NCBI GenBank assembly: GCA_965248435.1
Contig: OZ252100.1
Location: 192,001-256,000, forward strand
From: Candidatus Latescibacterota bacterium
GTDB lineage: Bacteria > Latescibacterota > UBA2968 > GCA-2709665
Length of the DNA stretch: 64,000 nt
Reading direction: 5' to 3'
Shown: positions 19,722 to 28,600 of the stretch, in pieces
Layout of the letters: each line of letters opens with the position of its first letter
Numbering within the stretch: the stretch's first letter is position 1
Notes under the pieces: model-generated
Databases searched by the model: none
Seen by the model: only the letters and a program-made list of their open reading frames with translations
Told to the model about the DNA's origin: nothing
Program-made: the position numbers and the translations under genes

Positions 19722-20003
19722 ATGACGATTGGGCTCTGTCGACTCGTGCTTTACCTTCCTGAAAGTGGTTCCCTCAAGAACAAGCGCAACCTGCTTCAGA
19801 GCATCGTCACGCGAATTCGAAACAAGTTCAATGTCTCCATTTCCGAGTTGGATGACAATGAACTGTGGCAAAAAGCAACTCTCGGTGTAGTAATCGTGTC
19901 GAACGAATCGCGCTATGCAAATCGTGTCCTATCCAAAGTCGTTGACGTGGTGAAGGCTGACATTAGAGTTGAACTCCTCGACTATTCGCTTGAGATGATA
20001 TGA
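19722..20003 (+). CDS. DUF503 (YlxP-like) protein
   Basis: SLKNKRNLLQSI..RIRNKFNVSISE..D.WQ; canonical position between infB and rbfA. Confidence 0.9.
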   Translation: MTIGLCRLVLYLPESGSLKNKRNLLQSIVTRIRNKFNVSISELDDNELWQKATLGVVIVSNESRYANRVLSKVVDVVKADIRVELLDYSLEMI

Positions 20004-20004
20004 T

Positions 20005-20346
20005 ATGCCTTCGTGGCGTCCCGAAAGCGTTGGACGACAGATTCAGGAAATCATCAGTGAGATCATCCACAGGCGTCTCAAGGATCCACGGCTTGGATTT
20101 GTAACCGTTACTGGAGTGAAGGTGACTCGAGACCTCAAGACCGCGAAAGTCTACGTGAGCGTGATGGGAGATGATGAATCGAAAGACAAGTCGCTTGAAA
20201 CTCTTTCTCACGCGCTTCCTTTCGTAAGGAAGGAACTCGGCAGACGAGTTCGTCTGCGACATACGCCTGAGGTCTTGTTCGAACACGATGATTCGATTCA
20301 GCGTGGCAGCAGGATCGATCGACTGCTTGAAGACCTGAAACCATAA
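20005..20346 (+). CDS. rbfA: Ribosome-binding factor A
   Basis: LKDPRLGFVTVTGVKVTRDLKTAKVYVS, LRHTPEVLF..D.S. Confidence 0.96.
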   Translation: MPSWRPESVGRQIQEIISEIIHRRLKDPRLGFVTVTGVKVTRDLKTAKVYVSVMGDDESKDKSLETLSHALPFVRKELGRRVRLRHTPEVLFEHDDSIQRGSRIDRLLEDLKP

Positions 20347-20356
20347 AGGGCGTAAG

Positions 20357-21259
20357 GTGGACGGTTTCCTGGCGGTCGACAAGCCGCGCGGATGGACGTC
20401 GCACGATGTTGTGGACAGAGTTCGCAGCATACTAAGCATAAAGAAGGTGGGCCACACCGGGACGCTCGATCCCATGGCTACAGGTGTTCTCGTGCTCTGC
20501 CTCGGACGGCTGACTCGGTTGAGTTCCTTCCTGACCGTCCAGGATAAAGGCTATCTTGCGAGGATCTGGCTTGGCGTAAGCACAAACACCTTAGACTCGG
20601 AAGGGCGTGTGACCGCACGGTCAGATTGTGTTCCTGGAGATCCCGAGGAAATCCGGAAGGCGATCGAGGGGTTTGTTGGACAAAACAGGCAAACTCCGCC
20701 GATGTTCTCTGCGAGAAAGATTTCCGGAAGGCGACTCTACCGCTGGGCGAGGGAAGATAAGGAAATCGCACGGCCATCTCAGATCGTAAATATTTATTCG
20801 ATTCAGATTGCCCAATTCGATCCACCATTCCTTGACCTTGATGTTTCCTGTTCCAAGGGTACCTACATACGAGTCCTGGCCGAGGACATCGGACGCGAAC
20901 TGCGGTGCGGAGGGCATCTCTCAGGGCTCAGGCGGACAGGGGTGGGGAGCATCGGACTCGATCAGTGCATTGCAATGGACAAAATTGGTGAGGAGGGGTG
21001 GGAACATCACCTCATCGATCCCAATCGGGCCCTTGGACATTTACCACTCCTTCGCCTGGCCCCTGAAGAGGCTCGGAGATTCACGCACGGAAATCCTATT
21101 TCGGGACTAAGGCCAGACATGGAACTGGACGCGGAGGGGTCGATTCGGGTTGTCGACGTGGAAGGGCGCCTTTTGGGAATCGGAAACTGGCAGATGGAGG
21201 ACCTCGTCTTGAAGCCGATTCGAGTCCTCCGACCGTATAAACCGGAAATGGCTGTGTGA
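20357..21259 (+). CDS. truB: tRNA pseudouridine(55) synthase
   Basis: DKPRGWTSHDVV, KVGHTGTLDPMATGVL, QTPPMFSA, CSKGTYIR. Confidence 0.97.
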   Translation: MDGFLAVDKPRGWTSHDVVDRVRSILSIKKVGHTGTLDPMATGVLVLCLGRLTRLSSFLTVQDKGYLARIWLGVSTNTLDSEGRVTARSDCVPGDPEEIRKAIEGFVGQNRQTPPMFSARKISGRRLYRWAREDKEIARPSQIVNIYSIQIAQFDPPFLDLDVSCSKGTYIRVLAEDIGRELRCGGHLSGLRRTGVGSIGLDQCIAMDKIGEEGWEHHLIDPNRALGHLPLLRLAPEEARRFTHGNPISGLRPDMELDAEGSIRVVDVEGRLLGIGNWQMEDLVLKPIRVLRPYKPEMAV

Positions 21260-22203
21260 TGCGAACAGCCAGCCTCGACTCACCCATCAACCTGCCAGGG
21301 CCGGTCGTAACGGTCGGGACCTTCGATGGCGTGCACCTGGGCCACCGCGCGGTGCTGGAAGCCGTGCAGGAAAATGCCCGTACCCGGGGTGGGACGAGCG
21401 TGGTCGTCACATTCGACCCCCACCCCCGCGCTGTCATAGACCCGAGTCATTCCCCAGACATCCTGACGACGATGCGTGAAAAGGAATGGAGAATAGGTGA
21501 ATCAGGGATAGATCAGCTGCTCGTCGTCAAATTTACACCCTCTCTGATGACATTGCGTCCTGAGGCGTTCGTGCGGGAGTATCTGGTCCGCAGGCTTCAG
21601 GCAAGCGTTATCGTGCTCGGCCACGATCACGGATTCGGGAAAGATCGTGGTGGAAATTCGGAAACGATGAAAACGTTAGGGCGATCTTTGAACTTCGACG
21701 TAATTTCTATGCCTCCGGTCCTTATCGGAGGGGCGCCCGTAAGCAGCACTCGACTCCGGAGGCAGATTGCTGAGGGCGACCTGGAGGAGGCCGGCAGGCT
21801 ACTTGGCAGCGGGTATTTCATCGAGGGTTGCATCGTGCGAGGAGAAGGTCGCGGCCGACAGATGGGATATCCCACAGCAAACCTGGCTCTGGAAGACGAG
21901 TCAAAACTGCTTCCCCCCGATGGCGTCTATGCGGCCTGGGTCCATCTCCCCGATCCACACGCCGCCGTCGTGAACCTGGGTTTCCGACCGACCTTCAACG
22001 GGAAGTTTCGCTGCCTCGAGGCCCACATTCTGGATTTTGAAGAAGACCTTTACGGCGAGAGGGTAGGGATAGAGGTGACTCAATGTATTCGCGGCGAACG
22101 CAAGTTCGAAAACAGCACTGCCCTCGTTGAGCAGATCAGAAACGATCGACAGGTCGCCCGGGCGCTGCTCTGTGAAATGGACGAAACACCGGTTAGGAGG
22201 TAG
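21259..22203 (+). CDS. ribF: Bifunctional riboflavin kinase/FAD synthetase
   Basis: [40 protein letters not shown]. Confidence 0.96.
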   Translation: MRTASLDSPINLPGPVVTVGTFDGVHLGHRAVLEAVQENARTRGGTSVVVTFDPHPRAVIDPSHSPDILTTMREKEWRIGESGIDQLLVVKFTPSLMTLRPEAFVREYLVRRLQASVIVLGHDHGFGKDRGGNSETMKTLGRSLNFDVISMPPVLIGGAPVSSTRLRRQIAEGDLEEAGRLLGSGYFIEGCIVRGEGRGRQMGYPTANLALEDESKLLPPDGVYAAWVHLPDPHAAVVNLGFRPTFNGKFRCLEAHILDFEEDLYGERVGIEVTQCIRGERKFENSTALVEQIRNDRQVARALLCEMDETPVRR

Positions 22204-22207
22204 ACAC

Positions 22208-22477
22208 TTGAGCTTGACGAAAGAGAGAAAGGCTGAACTGTTCGACACCTTTGGCAGGACAGGAGGAGATACAGGTTCGCCCGAGGCACAGATTGCGCTT
22301 CTGACCGAGCGCATTAAGACGCTAACGAGCCACTTCCAGATACACAAGAGAGACCATCATTCACGCCGAGGCCTGCTCAAGCTCGTTGGGAGCCGACGCA
22401 GGCTGATGAGGTATCTGCGTCGTAGGAATCTACCCGTTTACCGAGAGCTTGTGGGAAAACTCGGCATTCGCGGATAG
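22208..22477 (+). CDS. rpsO: 30S ribosomal protein S15
   Basis: [29 protein letters not shown]; TTG start after AGGAGG gives 89 aa. Confidence 0.97.
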   Translation: MSLTKERKAELFDTFGRTGGDTGSPEAQIALLTERIKTLTSHFQIHKRDHHSRRGLLKLVGSRRRLMRYLRRRNLPVYRELVGKLGIRG

Positions 22478-22478
22478 T

Positions 22479-22503
22479 TCGTCGCTTCGCTGCGAAGCGA
22501 CGA
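22479..22503 (+). promoter_or_regulatory. Stem-loop between rpsO and pnp
   Basis: TCGTCGCTTCG-CTG-CGAAGCGACGA 11-bp stem with no U tract; a processing or stability element is plausible. Confidence 0.5.
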
Positions 22504-22584
22504 CTCTACACTCCCCTCTAGTCGTAGATCTCCGCGTCATTACAAACCAAAGCTGATCGCAACTTCTCAATGGAGGTAAGTTGG

Positions 22585-24729
22585 ATGAGTGAGAAAGTAT
22601 CTCTGGATTTAGAGGGGCGTGAGTTTTCCCTTGAAACGGGACGGGTCGCGAAGCAGGCGCACGGGGCTGTTTGGGTGCGCTATGGTGATACCATCGTGCT
22701 GGTGGCCACCGTTGCAGATACGAGAGAAGCAACAACCGACTTTTTCCCTCTCATGGTGGATTACCGTGAGCGGTTCTACGCGGGTGGTCGGATTCCTGGA
22801 AACTTTTTCAAACGGGAGGCTGCGCCCTCGACGACCGAGAAGCTGAACGCCAGGTTAATCGACCACCAGATCCGTCCACTTTTTCCAAAGTCATTTCGAT
22901 ACGAGACCCAGGTGCTGGTCTCCGTGCTCTCGTTTGACCAGGAAAACGATCCGGCCATTTTGGCCATGGCCGGGGCCTCAGCCGCTCTGGGGATCTCCGA
23001 CATTCCGTTTGATGGACCGATCGGGGCGGTTCACGTGGGGCGTGTGGATGGAGCCTACATCGTGAACCCCACGTATGCCCAGGTGGAAGAGAGCGACATG
23101 AATGTGATCGTCTCCGGCAGTCGCGAATCGGTTATCTCCGTGGAGGGACAGATCAGCGAAATGCCGGAGGACGAAGTCCTCGAAGGTCTCAAAGTGGCCC
23201 ACAAGGGGATCGTGCGGCTCATCGATCTTCAGGAAGACTTGATCGCCCGGTGCGGCAAGCAGAAGCGGGAAGTCATCGAACCCGAAGTTGACGAGGCGCT
23301 CGTCTCTGCCGTTCGGGAATTGTCAGAGGAGAAGGTCAAGTCGGCCAACCGGTTGCCGGCCAAGGAAAATCGGGAGGGCGTGCTGAGTCAATTGAGAACA
23401 GAGGTGCAGGAGGCGCTTGCGGAGCAATTCCCGGAATCAGAAGGGGCAGTATCCGACGAGTTGGGGGCCATTGAAAAGGCCGACATGCGGGAGATGATCC
23501 TGAACGAGAACCGCCGGATAGACGGTCGAGGATTGGACGAGGTGCGTCCAATCACGATCGAATTGGGCTCCCTTACCCGGGCGCACGGCTCTGCAATTTT
23601 TACGCGCGGTCAGACGCAGGCGCTGTGCGTGGCCACCTTAGGCAGCAAACTCGACACCAGGATGGTCGACGACCTGGAAGGTAAATCCTTCAAGTCGTTC
23701 ATGCTTGATTACAACTTTCCGTCCTACAGCGTAGGAGAAACCCGGCGGATCGGTCCTCCGGGACGGCGCGAAATCGGACATGGTGCCCTGGCCGAAAAGG
23801 CACTGGATCCTGTCATTCCCACAGAGGACCATTTTCCCTATACCATTCGGATGGTCTCTGAGATTCTGGAGTCTAACAGCTCGTCATCCATGGCCACAGT
23901 CTGCGGAGCGACCCTGGCCTTGATGGACGCCGGCGTTCCAATAAAGACCCCTGTCGCCGGGGCCGGCGTTGGGCTGGTCATAGAAGACGGTAAATGGGTC
24001 GTACTGACGGATATCCTGGGCGCAGAGGATCATCTGGGAGATATGGACCTGAAGATCACGGGCACCAAGGATGGGATGACCGCCATCCAGCTCGATATCA
24101 AGATCGCCGGTATTCCCTTCGAGATTATGCAGGAGGCGTTCAAGCGGGCTCGCCAGGCCCTGGATCACGTCCTCGGGGTCATGAACGATGCGATCTCCGA
24201 GCCTCGCGTTGAGCTCTCCCAGTATGCACCCAGAATCCTTTCGATCCGGATCGACCCCTCGAAAATCGGGCTTGTAATCGGTCCGGGCGGCAAGACGATC
24301 CGAAGCATCGAGGAGAATGGTGCGACCGTTGCAGTCGAGGATGACGGAATGATTACGGTGAGCTCGACAAAGCCTGAGGCCGGCGAGGCGGCCCTGGCGA
24401 TGATCAGTGCCTTGGTAGAAGACGCTGAAGTCGGCCGCGTCTACGAAGGGACGGTCAAGCGCCTAATGGATTTCGGGGCGTTTATTGAGATCCTGCCCGG
24501 GAAGGAAGGCCTTTGCCATATTTCGGAACTCGAGTACAGCCGTGTCCGTAAGGTGGAAGATGTCCTGGAAGAAGGGGATAAGACGAAGGTGAAGGTGATC
24601 GGAGTCGATGATCAGGGCAAGATTCGCCTCAGCCGAAAGGCGACGATGGAACCGCCAGCCGGGTATGATCCCAAGGCGGAGGAAAGACGACCGAGGCCCG
24701 ACAGGGGTCGAAGGCCCACAAGAAGGTAA
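22585..24729 (+). CDS. pnp: Polyribonucleotide nucleotidyltransferase
   Basis: DFFPLMVDY, RRIDGRGLDEVRPI, RREIGHG, EDHLGDMD, KH and S1 domains; ATG 22585 after GGAGGT. Confidence 0.98.
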   Translation: MSEKVSLDLEGREFSLETGRVAKQAHGAVWVRYGDTIVLVATVADTREATTDFFPLMVDYRERFYAGGRIPGNFFKREAAPSTTEKLNARLIDHQIRPLFPKSFRYETQVLVSVLSFDQENDPAILAMAGASAALGISDIPFDGPIGAVHVGRVDGAYIVNPTYAQVEESDMNVIVSGSRESVISVEGQISEMPEDEVLEGLKVAHKGIVRLIDLQEDLIARCGKQKREVIEPEVDEALVSAVRELSEEKVKSANRLPAKENREGVLSQLRTEVQEALAEQFPESEGAVSDELGAIEKADMREMILNENRRIDGRGLDEVRPITIELGSLTRAHGSAIFTRGQTQALCVATLGSKLDTRMVDDLEGKSFKSFMLDYNFPSYSVGETRRIGPPGRREIGHGALAEKALDPVIPTEDHFPYTIRMVSEILESNSSSSMATVCGATLALMDAGVPIKTPVAGAGVGLVIEDGKWVVLTDILGAEDHLGDMDLKITGTKDGMTAIQLDIKIAGIPFEIMQEAFKRARQALDHVLGVMNDAISEPRVELSQYAPRILSIRIDPSKIGLVIGPGGKTIRSIEENGATVAVEDDGMITVSSTKPEAGEAALAMISALVEDAEVGRVYEGTVKRLMDFGAFIEILPGKEGLCHISELEYSRVRKVEDVLEEGDKTKVKVIGVDDQGKIRLSRKATMEPPAGYDPKAEERRPRPDRGRRPTRR

Positions 24730-24826
24730 ACTTCATCTTTCGGATTGACAAAGCGAGAAGGCGATCGGAAACTTTCCTGGTCGTCTTTTTCGATTTAGGT
24801 CCTTTGAGCGTGTGGGGGCAGGTTTC

Positions 24827-26062
24827 ATGATGCCGAACGGTGATTTTCGAAAGACACGACTCGAGAATGGCATGCGAGTAGTGACCGAACACGTCCCGCA
24901 CGTTCGGTCCGTCTCTTTGGGCATATGGGTTCGTGTCGGATCACGGGACGAACGAACTGACGAGCACGGTATTTCTCACTTCCTAGAGCACATGGTCTTC
25001 AAAGGCACCCATAAGCGAGATGCATTCGAGATCGTCTACAGTCTGGAGTCTCTTGGCGGCAGCATCGATGCCTTCTCTTACCGGGATTCAACCTGTTTCT
25101 ATGCTAGATGCCTGGATGAACACTTCGAGGAGGCCCTGGACGTCCTGGGAGACATCCTTCAGAATGCTCAGCTAGACCCAAAGGAAATAGAGAAGGAGAA
25201 GCGCGTTGTTCTGGAAGAGATCCAAAGCGTGGAAGACACACCCGAAGACCTTGTGCACGACTTGTTTGCGAAGTCGGTCTGGGGGCGCCATCCCGTGGGG
25301 GAACCGATTCTGGGCACGAGAGAGTCCGTATCCGCCTTCACTCCCGAGTTGTTGCGCGATTTTATGCATAGACACTATCAACCCGGCCGCATGATCTTTT
25401 GTGCGGCCGGGAATCTGGATCACGATCGATTTGTCGACAAGCTCTCGGAAATCTTCGGGACAGCAGTCCCCGATTTCTCGACCCTTGAACGCGCGCGCCC
25501 AGAGCTTGCTCACGGACACGAACAGCACCATTCGCGTGACATCGGACAGACTCACATCTGTCTTGGTGCGGTCGGCTACGCCTACACGCATCCCCGGACC
25601 CACGAACTCCTCGTGGCCAATACAGCGCTCGGAGGGGGGATGAGTTCGCGACTGTTTCAGGAGATCCGAGAACGGCTGGGACTGGCCTACGCAGTCTACT
25701 CCTACCTCGAGATGCTGGAAGACACGGGCCTGTTCGGAACCTATATTGCCTGCGATCAGGCACGTGTGGAACAGGTCGTTGAAATCGTCCGGGCCGAACT
25801 CGATCGGTTCAGGACGGAAGGCATTTCCGAGAAGGAACTCGAAAGCTCGAAGGCACAGCTCCGTGGGGAGCTCATTTTGGGGTTTGAAAGCATGGACAGG
25901 CGAATGAGCAGAATGGCCAGAGACGAGCTCTATGAGGGAAAATTGCGGACCGCCGAGGAGGTCCTGGCTAGAATCGACGGGGTGAGCCAGGAAAGCATGG
26001 TTAAAGCTTGCAAGGAGCTGGCGGAGGAAGAACACCTTCACTTGGTCACCGTAGGCCCTTAG
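24827..26062 (+). CDS. M16 (pitrilysin) family Zn peptidase
   Basis: GISHFLEHMVFKGT (HxxEH), GGGMSSRLFQEIRERLGLAY. Confidence 0.93.
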   Translation: MMPNGDFRKTRLENGMRVVTEHVPHVRSVSLGIWVRVGSRDERTDEHGISHFLEHMVFKGTHKRDAFEIVYSLESLGGSIDAFSYRDSTCFYARCLDEHFEEALDVLGDILQNAQLDPKEIEKEKRVVLEEIQSVEDTPEDLVHDLFAKSVWGRHPVGEPILGTRESVSAFTPELLRDFMHRHYQPGRMIFCAAGNLDHDRFVDKLSEIFGTAVPDFSTLERARPELAHGHEQHHSRDIGQTHICLGAVGYAYTHPRTHELLVANTALGGGMSSRLFQEIRERLGLAYAVYSYLEMLEDTGLFGTYIACDQARVEQVVEIVRAELDRFRTEGISEKELESSKAQLRGELILGFESMDRRMSRMARDELYEGKLRTAEEVLARIDGVSQESMVKACKELAEEEHLHLVTVGP

Positions 26063-26089
26063 TCTGGCACGACGTTCGGGAGAATTTGC

Positions 26090-27208
26090 GTGATCGTAAG
26101 CGTCGTCAAAGAGAACAAGGTCGACGAAAACAGGGTCGGGCTGCTACCGGTTGGTGTGGAAGCGCTTGTTGAGAACGGGCACCGTGTCCTGGTCCAGTCA
26201 GGCGCGGGGGTCGCTAGTGGCTTCCTGGACTCGGATTACAAGGACGCGGGAGCGGAAATCTCCGAAGACCTGAAAGAGATCTACGGGCTGGCAGAACTCG
26301 TCGTCAGGGTAAAAGAACCACAGAAGAAAGATATATCGTTGCTCAGGCCCGGCCAGATGGTCTTCTGCTATTTTCATTTCGCTGCGAGCCGTGAACTCAC
26401 CCTCGCGGTTCAGGATTCGGGGATCGTGGCGCTCGCCTACGAGACCGTAGAGTTGCCCAATGGTGAACTTCCCCTGCTCGTGCCCATGAGCGAGGTGGCG
26501 GGACGCATGGCGCTGCAGGAGGGGGCCAAATATCTGGAAAGCCCTCAGGGCGGGCGCGGGATACTCCTTGCGGGCGTCCCCGGCGTTGCGCCTGCCGACG
26601 TCGTGATCCTCGGAGGTGGGGTCGTCGGGGCCAACGCAGCGCGCATTGCTGCAGGACTGGGCGCCAATGTCTTCGTCCTGGACATCAATCTGGCGCGCCT
26701 TCGCTATCTGGCGGATGTCATGCCTCCGAATGTCATCACCTTGATGTCGAACCGATACAATTTGAACAAGCTGGTCTCCTCCGCAGACCTTGTGATTGGC
26801 GCGGTCCTCAAAACAGGGGCGAGGGCCCCGCGGCTCGTCACGCGCGAAATGGTTTCGAAGATGAAGGAGGGGGCTGTCATTGTCGACGTATCGGTCGATC
26901 AGGGAGGCTGCGTGGAGACGTGCCGTCCCACGACGCATTCTCAACCCACTTACAAGGTCGGTGAGGTCATCCACTACTGTGTCACCAATATCCCCGGTGC
27001 AGTGCCAAGAACGTCCACTTTTGCCCTCACGAACGCAACACTGCCTTATATTATGGAGATCGCAGATAAGGGGTGGCGAGAAGCGTCGCGCACTTCGACT
27101 GAATTGGCGGCCGGTCTGAACATCGTTGAAGGTCGCGTCACCCACACAGGTGTTGCGGAGGCCTGGGATCTGCCGCTTGAGACGCTTTCGGAGGTCCTCG
27201 GGCACTGA
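26090..27208 (+). CDS. ald: Alanine dehydrogenase
   Basis: ENRVGL, VKEPQ, LPLLVPMSEVAGR, GGGVVGANAA, VDQGGCVET, PGAVPRTSTFALTN. Confidence 0.96.
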   Translation: MIVSVVKENKVDENRVGLLPVGVEALVENGHRVLVQSGAGVASGFLDSDYKDAGAEISEDLKEIYGLAELVVRVKEPQKKDISLLRPGQMVFCYFHFAASRELTLAVQDSGIVALAYETVELPNGELPLLVPMSEVAGRMALQEGAKYLESPQGGRGILLAGVPGVAPADVVILGGGVVGANAARIAAGLGANVFVLDINLARLRYLADVMPPNVITLMSNRYNLNKLVSSADLVIGAVLKTGARAPRLVTREMVSKMKEGAVIVDVSVDQGGCVETCRPTTHSQPTYKVGEVIHYCVTNIPGAVPRTSTFALTNATLPYIMEIADKGWREASRTSTELAAGLNIVEGRVTHTGVAEAWDLPLETLSEVLGH

Positions 27209-27249
27209 TCTGACTTGGTCATCTTCAGATTAACTCTGGGAAATAGAGA

Positions 27250-28545
27250 ATGGCAGTTCGAATATCGATTTCAGGTGTTGGCGAACACGAAGGCAAAGAG
27301 GTCGTCCTGGAAGGATGGCTTTACAACAAACGCTCCAGCGGGAAACTTTTCTTTCTTCAAGTACGAGATGGGTCAGGCGTGATTCAATGCGTGGTCTTCA
27401 AGGGTGAAGTAGCCGACGTCGTTTTCGAACGATCCGAGGAGGTCACGCAGGAGTCTTCGCTCCGTGTCCGCGGCGTTGTCCGCGCGGACGAACGGTCTCC
27501 GATCGGGTACGAGATCGGGGTGACGGATCTGGAAATCGTGCAGGTTGCGGAGCCATATCCCATCTCGCCGAAGGAGCACGGCACCGCGTTCTTGATGGAC
27601 AACCGCCACCTCTGGCTCCGGTCTTCCAGGCAGCACGCCATTTTGCGTATTCGGAGCGCCATTGTAAGTGCCTGCCGTGACTATTTCGATAACAACGGTT
27701 TTGTGCTTGTCGACGCGCCGATCCTAACGCCTTCGTCGTGCGAGGGCACGACGACCCTGTTTGAAATCGACTACTTCGATTCCAAGGCTTATCTCACTCA
27801 GAGTGGACAGCTTTACATGGAATCTGCCGCCATGGCTTTCGGGAAGGTTTACTGCTTTGGTCCTACATTCCGCGCCGAGAAGTCGAAGACCCGTCGGCAC
27901 CTGACCGAATTCTGGATGCTGGAGCCCGAGGTGGCGTTCATGGATCTCGCCGGGGACATGGATCTTGCCGAAGACCTCCTCGTTGAAGTTGTCAAGCGGG
28001 TGGTGAAGAAAAACAGGAAGGAGCTGGAATTTCTCGAGCGGGATCTACGGCCTTTGGACCGGGTGGAGAAACCTTTTTCCAGGATCTCGTACGATGAGGC
28101 CGTCGATCTTCTGAAGAGAGAGGGGATGGAACATCAGTGGGGAGACGATTTTGGTGGGGATGAGGAGACCCTCCTGGCCAAGGCGTTCGACCGTCCCGTC
28201 ATTGTCCATAGATTTCCTGCTTCCTGCAAAGCCTTTTACATGAAACAGGATCCTGAAGATGCCCGACTGGCACTCTGTATGGACGTACTGGCTCCGGAAG
28301 GTTACGGCGAGCTCGTGGGGGGGGGCCAGCGAGAGGACGATCCAACATTACTTCAGGAGAAGATCGCTGAACACGGCCTGGATGAAGACCCTCTGCGCTG
28401 GTATGTGGACCTCAGGCAGTACGGCTCGGTTCCGCACGCCGGCTTTGGATTGGGTATAGAGCGGACGGTCGCGTGGATCTGCGGACTGCCCCACGTTCGA
28501 GAAACCATCCCTTTTCCGCGGATGCTGCAGCGGTTGTATCCATAA
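27250..28545 (+). CDS. asnS: Asparagine--tRNA ligase
   Basis: OB fold, [48 protein letters not shown]. Confidence 0.96.
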   Translation: MAVRISISGVGEHEGKEVVLEGWLYNKRSSGKLFFLQVRDGSGVIQCVVFKGEVADVVFERSEEVTQESSLRVRGVVRADERSPIGYEIGVTDLEIVQVAEPYPISPKEHGTAFLMDNRHLWLRSSRQHAILRIRSAIVSACRDYFDNNGFVLVDAPILTPSSCEGTTTLFEIDYFDSKAYLTQSGQLYMESAAMAFGKVYCFGPTFRAEKSKTRRHLTEFWMLEPEVAFMDLAGDMDLAEDLLVEVVKRVVKKNRKELEFLERDLRPLDRVEKPFSRISYDEAVDLLKREGMEHQWGDDFGGDEETLLAKAFDRPVIVHRFPASCKAFYMKQDPEDARLALCMDVLAPEGYGELVGGGQREDDPTLLQEKIAEHGLDEDPLRWYVDLRQYGSVPHAGFGLGIERTVAWICGLPHVRETIPFPRMLQRLYP

Positions 28546-28600
28546 GACACAATGGTTTGGCTTTTGGCGGGACCCCGTAGAAGGCCAGGAGAAAGATCGT

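Noticed and set aside
26198-27205. Long antisense ORFs over ald (and similarly at 25172-26041, 36528-37331, 44742-45695, 60013-61107)
   Set aside because: Shadow frames of well-supported genes on the opposite strand.
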